Shown piece by piece: positions 25,162-38,978 of a stretch of DNA of 64,000 bases. Made by a program: the position numbers and the translations under genes. Origin of the DNA: Octopus sinensis. Lineage: Eukaryota. The DNA lies in the NCBI RefSeq assembly GCF_006345805.1, contig NC_043026.1, positions 12,565,579 to 12,629,578 of the forward strand. The letters are read 5' to 3'. Under the pieces are notes generated by a model. That model was not told the origin of the DNA, searched no databases, and was given only the letters and a program-made list of their open reading frames with translations. How positions within the stretch are numbered: the first letter of the stretch is position 1; each line of letters begins with the position of its first letter.

Positions 25162-26450
25162 CTAATATGGCTTCTCTGTGTGAATATGCTTATGTTTTGT
25201 TAAATGAATATTTTCAGAGAATGATTTACAACAGATGTGACAGTGATATGACTTCTCGTCTCTATGAGTATGTTTGTGTCTTGTCAAGTTACTACTTCGA
25301 GAGAATGATTTACCACAGATATCACACTGATACGGCTTCTCACCTGTATGGATACGTTTATGTTTACAGAGACCATCATTTCTAGAGAAGGATTCGCCAC
25401 AGATATCACAATGATATGGTTTTTCTCCTGTATGAGTATGCTTGTGTTGATTTAGATGAGCAGATTCAGAGAATGATTTATCACAGATATCACACTGATA
25501 TGGTTTCTCTCCTGTATGAGTACGTTTGTGTTGACTCAAGTGACCAGTTTGGCAAAATGATTTACCACAGATATCACACTGATATGGTTTCTCAGCTGTA
25601 TGAATACGTCTATGTGCAGTGAGACCATTATTTCTAGAGAATGATTTACCACAGATATCACAATGATATGGCTTCTCACCAGTATGAATACGTTTATGTT
25701 TAGAGAGACCATCCTTTCTAGAGAATGATTTACCGCAGATATCACACGGATATGGTTTTTCTCCTGTATGAGTACGTCTGTGTTTACTTAAGTCACCGGA
25801 TTCACAAAAGGATTTACCACAGATATCACAGTGATATGGTTTTTCTCCTGTATGAGTACGTTTGTGTTGGTTTAAATGACCAGATTCGGAAAATAATTTA
25901 CCGCAGATATCACAGTGATATGGCTTCTCACCCGTATGAATACGTCTATGTGTAGTGAGATAACAATTTCTAGAGAATGATTTACCACAGATATCACAGT
26001 GATATGGCTTCTCTCCTGTATGAATACGTCTATGTGTAATAAGACAATGATTTGTAGAGAATGATTTAGTACAGATATCACACTGATATGGTTTTTCTCC
26101 TGTATGAGTACGTTTGTGTTTATTTAAGTGACCAGATTCAGAGAATGATTTACCACAGATATCACACTGATATGGTTTTTCCCCTGTATGAATACGGATA
26201 TGCCTGGTTAAGCTGCGAGTATCAGTGAATGATTTGCCACAGATATCACAGTGATATGGCTTCTCTCCTGTATGAGTACATTTGTGTCCAGTAAGACCAT
26301 CACCTCTAGAGAAGGATGCACCACAGATATCACAGTGATATGGTTTCTCACCTCTATCAATACATTTTTTTTAATGAGCCTACTTTCCAGAGAAAATGAT
26401 TTTTTACAGATACCACAATGGTATGAGGATTTTTCAGTCACTTTCTGCAT
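25162..26450 (-). pseudogene. ZNF3: poly-C2H2 gene, about 15 fingers, interrupted by one 1-bp deletion in an A8 run at 26365-26372 (pseudogene or assembly error)
   Basis: ATG 26450 (MQKVTEKSSYHCGICKK, same as ZNF1). By manual translation the finger frame is open from ~26370 to stop 25162. Confidence 0.75.
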
Positions 26451-27019
26451 CTCTTCAACAAAATAATAAATCAATCCTTTAAGTCTGTAACATTATCCAT
26501 TGCTTCAATAGTTTTCTTGTCTCAGAACAATATACGGTTTATTTTCTTGTTTCACTTTTTATCAATTATTTCTTTCAACTGTTTTACAACTATTTTCCCA
26601 TCAACTCTGATTTTCATCAATATCTGAAGATGCCACAAACGTATTTGAAACTTCATCCAAATTTAATTACTGAAGGCAAATTCATCTTGTACATACTGCA
26701 GACTACACAGTAGAGAAATGCTGCCATTAAACTCCATTCACAAGAAATATTTCAATGTAGTTTACCACAGAATTATATATTTGTTGTATACAACGTTTTT
26801 CTTTAGTCTTTAAAAGATAACAAATGTTGATGATGAATCTGATGGGAGCAATTCTTTGATGTCACAGTTGTCTGATATTCTGAAATAAGAGAGAAATAAC
26901 AGTATTAGATATAGAGGAATCATTTTAGTAGCAAAGATATTCCTTTACCTGAACTTTACTTTTCCATTTGTTATTATAATTACATCACACATCATAGTTT
27001 AAAGCCTGTATCATATATA

Positions 27020-28288
27020 CGAGGGGCGTTCAATAAGTAATGCCCCTGACCCCCTTGCAGTTGTTTGATCTAGCTGAAATTTTGAATGTGCAATTATTTA
27101 TACCTCTATAGATTAAGTGGCGAATTACAGCTCTGAACTAATTGTGGTTTCTGATTTACAGGTGTTTGAAATGAGTCAAGTGTGAAATGGAGCCTATTGA
27201 GTGTCGAGCAGTGATCTGGTGTTTGTATTTGAAAGGATGCACACCACGGGAGACTTTTGATGAAATGAAAGTAACTTATGGTGATGATGCCCCATCATAT
27301 GACCTTGTAAAACGCTGGCATTGTGAATTCAAACATAGTCGGAACTCTGTGGAAACAGCTCCCAGATCTGGTCGCCCCCTTCTGCCGTTGATGAGACGTC
27401 TGTCCGTCAAGTTGAGGCTGCCATTTTGGAAGGTCAACGCATAACTATTCACCAAATAGCCCATAAGGTCAAGATTAGTACCGGGTCTGTGGAAACTATC
27501 ATTTATGACCATTTGCATATGCAAAAGGTGTCTGCCAGATGGATTTCCAGGTTGCTCACACCTTTCCAGAAGCAAGAACGCATTGAGTGCTCGAGGGTGA
27601 ATTTGGAGATGTGCCAAGAAGATGAGTCAAAATTTTTCAAAAGACTGATCACACAGGATAAAACCTGTGTCCATCACTATGATCCATAGACCAAAGCCCA
27701 GTCAATGCAGTGAAAGCACCGTGACTCACCTCCTCCAAAGAAGGCAAGGGTGCAGCCCTCCGCTGACAAGGTTATGCTCACAGTCTTCTGGGACCAGGAC
27801 GGAGTAGTGATGACAGATTTCCTGGCAAAGGGTACCACAATTGCAGGAGCCTATTATGCTTCACTTTTGAGGAAATTAAGAGAAGCTATCAAAATCAAGA
27901 GGCGGTGCAAGATCAGCAAAGGCATCCTCCTCCTGCAGGACAACGCTCCGGTCCACAACTCGCGTGTCGCCAGATCAGAAGCACAGGCGTGCAGCTATGA
28001 ACTCCTCCCCTTGCACCCTCTGATTTTCACCTCTTCCCAGCCATGAAGTTGATTTTGAAAGGAAAGCGTTTCCCAGATGATGCAGCCTTGATTTCTGAAG
28101 TCACGTTGTGGTTGGAGGACCAAGCTGGGGTCTTCTACAAAAACGGTCTCCAGAGCTGTATCAAACGATGGGAGAAATGCATAACTCTGGGTAGTTCCTA
28201 TGTAAGAAAAGACTAATAACTGTGCCAAGTGTCGTTGCTCTACTGCTATGGGAAGTGGGTCAGGGGCATTACTTATTGAACGCCCCTC

Positions 28289-28289
<1 letters not shown>
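27020..28289 (+). mobile_element. Defective mariner transposon (1270 bp) in the ZNF3 intron
   Basis: 33-bp TIRs CGAGGGGCGTTCAATAAGTAATGCCCCTGACCC and TA TSD. Transposase pieces include RSGRP, KVSARWISRLL, TQDKTCVHHYDP, KVMLTVFWD, LLQDNAPVH, with frameshifts, stops and loss of YSPDL. Confidence 0.92.
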
Positions 28290-28323
<34 letters not shown>

Positions 28324-28819
28324 CATATATCTGGTGGTGAAACTGATTTCTACAGCTGATCAAACTGGTGCAATATTAAATAAAGCTTCTTGCTCAAGAG
28401 CACAGTGCACAGCCCGGTTCAGGAATCAAACTCACTACCTTATGGTTGTGAGCCAGGTGCTCTAACCATTGAGCCATTCACTGTACGTACACAAATACAT
28501 TAATACATTATTTAATCGGGGTCGATTAAATAAGTACCAGTTATGCACTGGGGTCGATATAATCGACTTAATCCGTTTGTCTGTCCTTGTTTGTCCCCTC
28601 TGTGTTTAGCCCCTTGTGGGTAATAAAGAAATAGAAAAGATGGTTGATGGTTTTAATTGCAAACCAAACCGGAAGTTTGCTTACAAGGACGGACATGACA
28701 GAAATTATTATTCTGATTTCACAATATAAAAATTAAGGAAGCCGCTCTGCTTTCATTTTACAGCAAATGCAGGCAATTTACTTTACACAGCACACAAAAG
28801 TTATCCTTAGATTTAAAAA

Positions 28820-29247
28820 GGCGATCTTTCGTCTCTAGTAGACCTTTCCGTCGATTTCCGTAAAAAAAATTTTTTTTTTTTACATATGGGCTTGCGGGAA
28901 CTTTTGAAGTAATATACATACATATACACATACACCGAGTAAAAAATTTCAGTTATCTCTTTCTTTCACACATTACTCTGTCTGTCTCTTCACACACACT
29001 AACAGAAGCACTTCACTTACACAACATACTGTCTGTCTCCCACACCCCATCAAACACACACACACACATGTACATCAATGCTTCCCATGCACGGTAACTT
29101 CAAAAGAACTTCCCTCGTCATACAATCGCTTTCTCTTAGTCTCTTTCGCTCTCATTACTTCAAAAGTTCCCGCAAGCCCATATGTAAAAAAAAAAAAAAA
29201 TTTTTACGGAAATCGACGGAAAGGTCTACTAGAGACGAAAGATTGCC
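28820..29247. mobile_element. MITE (GGCGATC family) in ZNF3 intron with ~27-bp flanking duplication
   Basis: CACAAAAGTTATCCTTAGAT(C)TTAAAAA at 28793-28819 and 29248-29275. Empty site in ZNF1 at ~11242-11268. Confidence 0.85.
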
Positions 29248-29467
29248 CACAAAAGTTATCCTTAGATCTTAAAAATAATAATAGATTAATATTTCAAACT
29301 GTAGAATATCATTGTCCTATAGGTAAACGTCTGGAGAAAGAAACATCTTTTTCCAATGTTGTGTGTGTTTTGCCTTTTATATTATTACTGCATTCTTGAA
29401 AGGTCACATAATTAAATCTTTTTTTCCACATTATGAAATTATGAAACTGAACGTTTTGTAAACTTAC

Positions 29468-29615
29468 CGCTTTCAAAATGTAAACATCGAAGCAGGACCG
29501 GTTGGAAACGAAGTTTTGTAAAAGTTGTTTCCCTTTATAAGATTTAGTTCTTGAATTATCCAGTAGATGGCTCTACAAAATGTTTCGTTCTATTCAGTAT
29601 TTTACTTCTCATTCT
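29468..29615 (-). promoter_or_regulatory. Putative non-coding exon 1 and promoter of ZNF3
   Basis: Donor G|GTAAGT at 29468/29467. Homologous to 11907-12060. Confidence 0.6.
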
Positions 29616-29946
29616 GGAGGCGCAATGGCCCAGTGGTTAGGGCAGCGGATTCCCGGTTTCGATTCCCAGACCGGGCGTTGTGAGTGTTTATTGAGCGAAA
29701 ACACCTAAAAGCTCCACGAGGCTCCGGCAGGGGATGGTGGTGATCCCTGCTGTACTCTTTCACCACAACTTTCTCTCACTCTTACTTCCTGTTTCTGTTG
29801 TACCTGTATTTCAAAGGGCCGGCCTTGTCACTCTCTGTGTCACGCTGAATATCCCCGAGAACTACGTTAAGGGTGCACGAGCAGGCTGTTCCGTTGATTC
29901 GGATCAACCGGAACCCTCGTCGTCGTAACCGACAGAGTGCTTCCCC
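29616..29946 (+). mobile_element. SINE family D inserted in the ZNF3 promoter, 13-bp TSD
   Basis: TACTTCTCATTCT at 29603-29615 and 29947-29959. Confidence 0.88.
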
Positions 29947-29962
29947 TACTTCTCATTCTGCA

Positions 29963-30003
29963 CTGTCACGCGGGTGACTAGGGTTCGATTCCCCACCGGG
30001 GAG
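29963..30003 (+). pseudogene. tRNA-Asp-derived 3' half upstream of ZNF3 (second copy at 30216-30254)
   Basis: 36/41 identity to the recalled eukaryotic tRNA-Asp(GTC) 3' half CTGTCACGCGGGAGACCGGGGTTCGATTCCCCGACGGGGAG. Confidence 0.72.
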
Positions 30004-30255
30004 CTTCATATTTGTTAAGGCGGCAAGTTGGCAGAACCGTTACGAAATTGGGCAAAATACTTAGCACTATTCCGTCCGTCTGTACGTTCTGAGTTCAAAT
30101 TACGCCGAGCTCTACAAATGAAGTTGCATAACTACATTAGCAACTATGGAAGGCTTCAAGTGACGAAAATTCAGTAGTCGCCCAAACTTTAGTCTCATTC
30201 TTCTACATATCCACATATCACGCGGGTGACGGGGGTTCGATCCCGCCACCAGGAA

Positions 30256-31348
30256 AGCGGCAAGCTGGCAGAATCGTTACGAAACCGGGCAAAATACTTA
30301 CCATTCCGTTGGTCTTTACGTTCTGAGTTCAAATTCCGCTCTGGGCTCGATGTAATCGACTTAATCCCTTCTGTAAATAAAGTCTTCTCTCTCTTTGCCT
30401 TTCATCCTTTCGGGGTCGATAAATAAAGTACCAGTTTCGCACTGGGGTCGAATAATCGACTTAATCCCTTTGTCTGTCTTTGTTTGTCCTCTCTGTGTTT
30501 AGCCCCTTGTGGGTAGTAAAGAAATAGGTATTTCGTCTGCTGTTACGTTCTGTGTTCAAATTCCGCCGAGGTCCACTTTGCCTTTCATCCTTCGGGGTCG
30601 ATAAATAAAGTACCAGTTACGCACTGGGGTCGATGTAATCGACTTAATCCTTCTGTAAATAAAGTCTTCTCTCTCTTTGCCTTTCATCCTTTCGGGGTCG
30701 ATAAATAAAGTACCAGTTTCGCACTGGGGTCGAATAATCGACTTAATCCCTTTGTCTGTCTTTGTTTGTCCCCTCTGTGTTTAGCCCCTTGTGGGTAGTA
30801 AAGAAATAGGTATTTCGTCTGCTGTTACGTTCTGTGTTCAAATTCCGCCGAGGTCCACTTTGCCTTTCATCCTTTCGGGGTCGATAAATAAAGTACCAGT
30901 TACGCACTGGGGTCGATGTAATCGACTTAATCCCTTTGTCTGTCTTTGTTTGTCCTCTCTGTGTTTAGCCCCTTGTGGGTAGTAAAGAAACAGGTATTTC
31001 GTCTGCTGTTACGTTCTGAGTTCAAATTCCGCCGAGGTCAACTTTGCCTTTCATCCTTTCGGGGTCGATTAAATAAAGTACCAGTTTCGCACTGGAGTCG
31101 ATGTGATCGACTTAATCCCTTTGTTTGTCCTCTCTGTGTTTAGCCCCTTGTGGGTAGTAAAGAAATAGGTATTTCGTCTGCTGTTACGTTCTGAGTTCAA
31201 ATTCCGCCGAGGTCGACTTTGCCTTTCATCCTTTCGGGGTCGATAAATAAAGTACCAGTTACACACTGGGGTCGATGTAATCGACTTAATCCCTTTGTCT
31301 GTCTTTGTTTGTCCCCTCTGTGTTTAGCCCCTTGTGGGTAGTAAAGAA
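30256..31348 (+). repeat. SINE family A tandem array (about 5-6 units, two with a variant insert)
   Basis: Repeated ~185-bp unit. CTGTAAATAAAGTCTTCTCTCTCT insert at ~30372 and ~30653. Confidence 0.8.
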
Positions 31349-31598
31349 TTATGTATGAAAAATGAGTGGGGTACTACTAACGAACAGTGGTCCCGGTGTA
31401 CGCATATATACTCTCCGTCACATATATACTTATAGTCTCTCAGCAATTCTTTCTTAGCTTGCTATTATTTTTTTGCCTTCAGTTTTAGTTTCAGGCAACA
31501 AGCACAAAACACTCCATCTAATCAAGTTTGTCATTCCTTATTTCGCTTGTTCTTTACTTTTGATATCTTTGTTAACAATAATTTCTGCCCTGCAAACC

Positions 31599-32056
31599 TT
31601 ATTTGTTCACCAAGAAGAGGCCGTGAATTTTCCCACGGAATTCCTTAATTCCTTGGACCCCTCCCAATTATCACCTCAAAATTGGAGCTCTGGTCATGCT
31701 GCTGTTGTTGTTGTTGTTAAGCAACAAGACGGGTAAGGGTGATTAGGTGATGGTCTAGGGCTTAGGGGTGGGAGAACCCAGACCTTGGAAAAAAAAAAAA
31801 ACTTTGGTCATCATGTTGAAATCGAGGGCTCTTCGTTGAAGCCTGACACCACTGGGAGGTGGCCCTCGAAGTCGCTGGAAATAGAGATCTCCAGGTCCAA
31901 ATTCTTGAACACCTGGTCATTCTGCTGAGGAACTTGGAGCCACTACATCCATGCAACAGAATGCGGTTAGCGGTAAAAAATGTGCTGCCTCATGTTATTG
32001 AAGCAACAATTCTTATGGGTTGCGGCATCTGAAACGTCTTTATACCTAAAATACCG
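31599..32056 (+). mobile_element. Helitron PIF1-like helicase remnant, split by a ~200-bp (CAA)n-tailed insertion
   Basis: EEAVNFPTEFLNSLDP, KIGALVMLL, LRNLEPLHPCNRMRLAVKNVLPHVIEATILMG, VFIPKIP. Near-duplication GGTCAT(G/T)CTGCTG flanks the insert. Confidence 0.8.
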
Positions 32057-34239
32057 AGGTCGACTTTGCCTTTCATCCTTCCGGGGTCGATAAATTAAGT
32101 ACCAGTTACACACTGGGGTCGATGTAATCGACTTAATCCCTTTGTCTGTCTCCTCTGTGTTTAACCCTTTGTGGGTAGTAAAGAAATATCAGATAAGCAA
32201 TGCCCGTCCCTTGCATCGACTTTAGTTCCCTCTTCGACTTTGCTTTGCCATGTCCATCAACAGTTCCTAAGGCCAAGCACTTACAATGACAGGCCTCCAT
32301 TTAGGCCAACCATGCTTCTTGTATGGCCAATAATACGTCAGCTGCTCAAGAGTTGGATACAAAAAAAACTTGTCAAGCAATGGTGAGGGGCAGACACACA
32401 CAAACATATATATATATATGACATATAAAAAAAAAAATATATATATTATATAGGCGCAGGAGTGGCTGTGTGGTAAGTTGCTTGTTTACCAACCACATGG
32501 TTCTGGGTTCAGTCCCACTGCATGGCATCTTGGGCAAGTGTCTTCTGCTATAGCCTCGGGTCGACCAATGCCTTGTGAGTGGATTTGGTAGACGGAAACT
32601 GAAAGAAGCCCGTCTAATATGTATATGTATATATATGCGTTTGTGTGTTGTGTTTAACTCCCTAGCATTGCTTGACAACCGATGCTAGTGTGTTTACGTC
32701 CCCGTTATTTAGTGGTTCGGCAAAAGAAACCGATGGAATAAGTACTGGGCTTACAAAGAATAAGTCCCGGAGTCGATTTGCTCGACTAAAGGCGGTGCTC
32801 CAGCATGGCCGCAGTCAAATGACTGAAACAAGTAAAAGAGTAAGGAGTATATATATAAATATATATATATATATGATATATAAAATATATATATCTCTTT
32901 AACTTGTTTCAGTCATTTGACTGTGGCCATGCTGGAGCACCGCCTTTAGTCGAGCAAATTAACCCGAGGACTTACTCTTTGTAAGCCTAGTACTTATGCT
33001 ATCGGACTTTTTTTCCCCGAAAACCAAAACAAAATAGGTCTACTGTGAGGTGCTGTAGGCCGTCCAGCATACTGCAACTTCCCTGCCAAACAGGTTTATG
33101 GTGAGCAAGTACTATACTCTTTACTCGTTTCAGTCATTTGACTGCGGCCATGCTGGAGCACCGCCTTTAGTCAAGCAACTTGACTCCAGGACTTATTCTA
33201 TCGGTCTCTTTTGCCGAACCACTAAGTAACGGGGACGTAAACACACCAGCATCGGTTGTCAAGCAATGCTAGGGGGACAAACACACACACACATATATAT
33301 ATATATACATATATACGACGGGCTTCTATCAGTTTCCTTCTACCAAATCCACTCACAAGGCATTGGTCGGCCCGGGACTATAGCAGAAGACACTTGCCCA
33401 AGGTCCACGCCGTGGGACTGAACCCGGAACCATGTGGTTGGTTAGCAAGCTACTTACCACACAGCCACTCCTGCACCTATTGTTGCCATTCTTTTAAAAT
33501 TACCTGTTTTTCTTAGGTCCTTTTAAAATTTTGTCTATTACAGATTCTCAATCTCTTTGCAAATGGCTTGAGTTTTGGCATCATTGCATTCACTACTTTT
33601 TATGTGAATGAAAAAAGACGTTTATACCTATTTCTTTACTACCTACAAGGGGCTAAACACAGAGGAGACAAACAGATTAAGTCTACCATATTGACCCCCA
33701 GTGCATAACTGGTACTTAATTTATCGACCCCGTAAGGATGAAAGGCAAAGTGGACCTTGGCGGAATTTGAACTCAGAACGTAACGGCAGACGAAATACAG
33801 CTACACATTTCGCCCGGCGTGTTATCGTTTATGCCAGCTCGCCGCCTTATTAAAAACGTTTATACCAGTGAACGGTTAACCATCCTCTTCAGGGCTATTG
33901 TAAGAATGAAATACAGCCCTTTTCAGAGCTATATTACTTCCAATTGTTGCACCTCCTGAGATGCTCTTGTGGCTTCTCCACGGCTTTTCACCTTGTACTT
34001 ACTACTTTATTTATGGTCTATGGGGAAAAAATCACTTCTTCCTCAATGTCAATGTTTGCAACTTAACACAAAAAAATATTCAAAGAGATGTACAACAAAA
34101 ATAATAATGGAACAACTTATTAAGACCATTGCTGAGTATTTAATATCCGAACAATGCTGGGTAGTCCAGCTAGTTTATGATATATTACATATATATATAT
34201 ATATATATCATATATAATATATATACATACTATATATAT

Positions 34240-34783
34240 ATAATGTTAGGAACATAAATTATGACTAAGGTTTGGTGGAAGATTTTAATTCAAAACTTCT
34301 GAAAACAAGACATTTCTACTCAGAGACAGAGGTGGTTTCAGCTGGGTTGGTATCAAAAGGGTTAAATATAACAAAGAATTTAATAAAATAACTTAGTTAT
34401 CATTCAGCTAGTGTTAGGAACATAAATTGTGACTAAGGTTTGGTGGAAGATTTTCATTCAAAACTTCTGAAAACAAGACATGTCTACTACAGAGACAGAG
34501 GTGGTTTCAGCTGGGTTGGTATCGAAAGGGTTAAGAATTGTTTCTCTATTATATATTTTAACCCTTTTGTCACCATATTTCTGTTGAGATGCTCTGAGTT
34601 TTTCTCAATTATTTAAAATATAACAAAGAATTTAGTAAACAAACTTAGCATTAAGCTAATGTTAGGAACATTAATTGTGACTAAGGTTTGGTGAAAGATT
34701 TTCATTCAGAACTTCTGAAAACAAGACATTTCTACTACAGAGCCAGAGCCGGTTTCAACCAGGCTGGTATAGAAAGGGTTAAA
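34240..34783 (-). mobile_element. Three tandem copies (one complete, 34562-34779) of a piggyBac-type MITE
   Basis: TTAA-CCCTTT...AAAGGG-TTAA termini. Same family as 51940-52159. Confidence 0.7.
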
Positions 34784-34881
34784 ACAATGGCAATTTCAAA
34801 AGAAATGTGGGAACAGAGGGGTGAAAGATTGTTTCTGAGAGGATAATTCATGACAGAAATTCTTGATACAACTTTTTTTCT

Positions 34882-35490
<609 letters not shown>

Positions 35491-35501
35491 TTACCACAAA
35501 A

Positions 35502-35601
35502 NNNNNNNNNNNNNNNNNNNNNNNNNNNNNNNNNNNNNNNNNNNNNNNNNNNNNNNNNNNNNNNNNNNNNNNNNNNNNNNNNNNNNNNNNNNNNNNNNNN
35601 N
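35502..35601. other. Assembly gap (100 N, true size unknown)
   Basis: N run. Confidence 0.99.
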
Positions 35602-35630
35602 AAGACCATATTTGGTAAGGGTTATAATAT

Positions 35631-35873
35631 TATAATTAAGGGTTAATTGCAACAAGTTGCTCAAAACCACATACCGAAAATATTAGAAATAGCAGTCAAA
35701 TGGATCACTATTTCCTCTACTAATAAAATGTGCTCCACAAACAAACAGAATTTGTAACCTGTATATGGCAAAAAAGGAAAAAAATAACGAAATCCCAGAT
35801 CAATTTGACTGCTATTTCTAATATTTTCGGTATGTGGTTTTGAGCAACTTGTTGCAATTAACCCTTAATTATA
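35631..35873. repeat. Foldback element with 71-bp perfect arms
   Basis: 35631-35701 is the reverse complement of 35803-35873. Confidence 0.85.
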
Positions 35874-35904
35874 AATATATATATATATATATATATGCCT
35901 ATAT

Positions 35905-36376
35905 GGTAATCTTTCGTCTCTAGTAGACCTTTCCGTCGATTTCCGTTAAAAAATTTTTTTTTTTTTTTACATATGGGCTTGCGGGAACTTTGAAGTAATG
36001 AGAGCGAAAGAGACTAGAGAAAGCGATTGTATGACGAGGGAAGTTCTTTTGAAGTTACCGTTCAGGGGAAGCATGATGTACATGGGTGTTTAATGGGGTG
36101 TGGGAGACAGACAGTATGGTTGTGTAAGTGAAGTGCTTCTGTTAGTGTGTGTGAAGAGACAGAGAGAGTAATGTGTGAAAGAGAGAGATAACTGAAATTT
36201 TTTACTTTTTTACTCGGTGTAAATGTGTATATGTATGTATGTGTGGTGTGTATGTATGTGTGTGTGTGTAATGTATGTATATTACTTCAAAAGTTTCCCG
36301 CGCAAGCCCATATGTAACAAAAAAAAATTTTTTTTACGAAATCGACGGAAAGGTCTACTAGAGACGAAAGATCGCC
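35905..36376. mobile_element. MITE (GGCGATC family), internal sequence inverted relative to the other copies
   Basis: TIRs at both ends, inserted in a (TA)n tract. Confidence 0.8.
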
Positions 36377-36408
<32 letters not shown>

Positions 36409-36514
36409 AATGAAAGTGAAGAAGCTGATACGAAAGTTTGGCTATAAAAGCCAAGTCAGCGCAACCGGATTCGGTGATATGGCGGTTGAATGATTCGATT
36501 GCGGACGAGAGACA

Positions 36515-36517
36515 ATG
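36515..36517 (+). CDS. LSM4: LSM4 coding exon 1 (ATG only)
   Basis: GACAATG|GTGAGT in a relatively CpG-rich promoter-like stretch. Phase 0 fits exon 2. An ATG-only first exon is what I recall for vertebrate LSM4. Confidence 0.7.
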
Positions 36518-36882
36518 GTGAGTCGATGTTTGGCCGTGAAACTCCGTTTAGATTACATTAATGCACGTAAATATAGATTTAATTACATATATATGAATGC
36601 GAGGTATCATCCTGTATAGACACAGACACGCACCTGGTGGCGATTAACCGAGCAGTGTCCTGTTTAGCGAGGAGTCTTTGGGGGGTTTTCGGTTCGTTAA
36701 ACCCCTCAGAAATAGGAAGAAGAAGGCTACCAGCTTCCCTCTTTATCTTTCTAATTTCCGATTTGACATTTTTCTATTTTATTGATGCCTGCAAAACGGA
36801 AGATTCTCCACCAGTTCGGAACAAACGACGCACTCGCTCTTCCCCGAGCTATCTCCACGAGTTCATTTGGCGAAACTCTATT

Positions 36883-36915
<33 letters not shown>

Positions 36916-37375
36916 CTCTTTTACTTGTTTCAGTCATTTGACTGCGGCCATGCTGGAGCACCACCTTTTTAGTCGAGCAAATCGACCTCGGGGACTTATT
37001 CTTTGTAAGCCCAGTACTTATTCTATCGGTCTCTATTGCCGAAACGCTAATTTCCTGGGACGTAAACACACCAGCATCGGTTGTCAAGCGATGTTGGGGG
37101 GACAAACACAGACACACAAACACACACACGCACATATATATATACATATATACAAGGTTTTGGTCGGCTCGAGGCTTAGTAGAAGACACTTGCCCAAGTA
37201 TATATATTCGAAACACGCATTGGGTCGAAACAGGGGCAGCTAAAGAAGGGGAATTTTCCTTGTATTGTTTGTCCTGTACTCTGTTTTTTCGTTGTTAAAA
37301 AAAGTCCCTTTCCTTGTTTGATTTTATGTTTTCGTTTCTCGTTCTGTTCTACGTTTATTTGTGGTGTCCTGTATC

Positions 37376-37424
<49 letters not shown>

Positions 37425-37570
37425 TATATATATGCTTGTATATATACATATAGATGTAGGTATGTACATATATGTATGTATGTATGTATGTATGCATATG
37501 TTTTATTTATTCAATTGTTATTATATATATATATATTACACACATACATACAATATTAGATACATACCTA

Positions 37571-37853
37571 TATACATAAGGGTACTACATGAGTACCTAT
37601 ATCACTAATTATAGAAGTCGAAAAATACTTCTGTACCACCGAAAAGTCACAAATCCATTACAGACAAGATAGGAAAAAATATCAGTGAACAATAATAATG
37701 TCTTACCTCAAATTGTTCTCACCCATTATTATTGTTCACTGATATTTTTTCCTATCTTGTCTGTAATAGATTTGTGACTTTTCGGTGGTACAGAAGTATT
37801 TTTTGACTTCTATTATTGGCGATATAGGTACTCATGTAGTACCCTTGTGTATA
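37571..37853. repeat. Foldback palindrome, ~130-bp arms with 23-nt spacer, in LSM4 intron 1
   Basis: 37571-37700 pairs with 37724-37853 with few mismatches. Confidence 0.88.
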
Positions 37854-38978
37854 TATGTACATATCTAATAGTGTATGTATATATTTTATTAATTTGCCTG
37901 TACGGCTAATAATTCGCTTACCTCTTGTGATGGTATTTTAATAATACCATCCCTATATTTATTTATAAATAATATATATATATGGTTCTGGGTTCAGTCC
38001 TACTGCGTGGCACCTTGGGCAAGTGTCTTCTGCTATAGCCCCGGGCCGACCAATGCCTTGTGAGTGGATTTGGTAGACGGAAACTGAAAGAAACCTGTCG
38101 TATATATGTATATTATATATGTATGTGTGTGTGCCTGTGTTTGTCCACCTAGCATTGCTTGACAACCGATGCTGGTGTGTTTACGTCCCCGTCACTTAGC
38201 GGTTCGGCAAAAGAGACCGATAGAATAAGTACTAGGCTTACAAAGAATAAGTCCCGGGGTCGATTTGCTCGACTAAAGGCGGTGCTCCAGCATGGCCATA
38301 GTCAAATGACTGAAACAAGTAAAAGAGTAAAGAGTATATATATGTTTGTGTGTGTGTGTTAGAAGTATTGGGGGTGATGTACAGATTTGATACATATGAG
38401 AGAAAAAAGGTGCTCAGAATACTGGATGGTTGTAAAAATATATATTTATTTACATATCACATATTATTTCTTCATATTAGCGCTTTCAACTACTACTACA
38501 GTAGTCTGTCCTTCTTTGTCCCCTTGTGGGTAGTAACGTCTGTCTTTACATAGTGAGTTCAAATTCCGCCGAGGTCGACTTTGCCTTTCATCCTTTCGGG
38601 GTCGATTAAATAAGTACCAGTTTCGTACTGGGGTCGATGTAATCGACTTAATCCGTTTGTCTGTCCTTGTTTGTCCCTTCTGTGTCAAAATTTTTGTCGC
38701 CCCAAACTGCAACCTCAAAAGCATTACCTTATATAAAATGCAATGTGTTTGAGTGTCCGATACATTACCCTGGTGTATTCCTTGCAACTCTTAGCACTTT
38801 AATTTCACGTCCTGCCTTTCATCCTTTACAGAGGTCGATAAATAAGACTCTCTTTTCTCCTTTCAAGTAAAAGGAATCCGTCTTCGCCAAGTTTAAATAC
38901 CTGTTTCCACTGGTATATGTCACTCTGTCACCGCTACCACTCCACTAAAACATGAGGGTACAAAGGAGGAAAATATAT

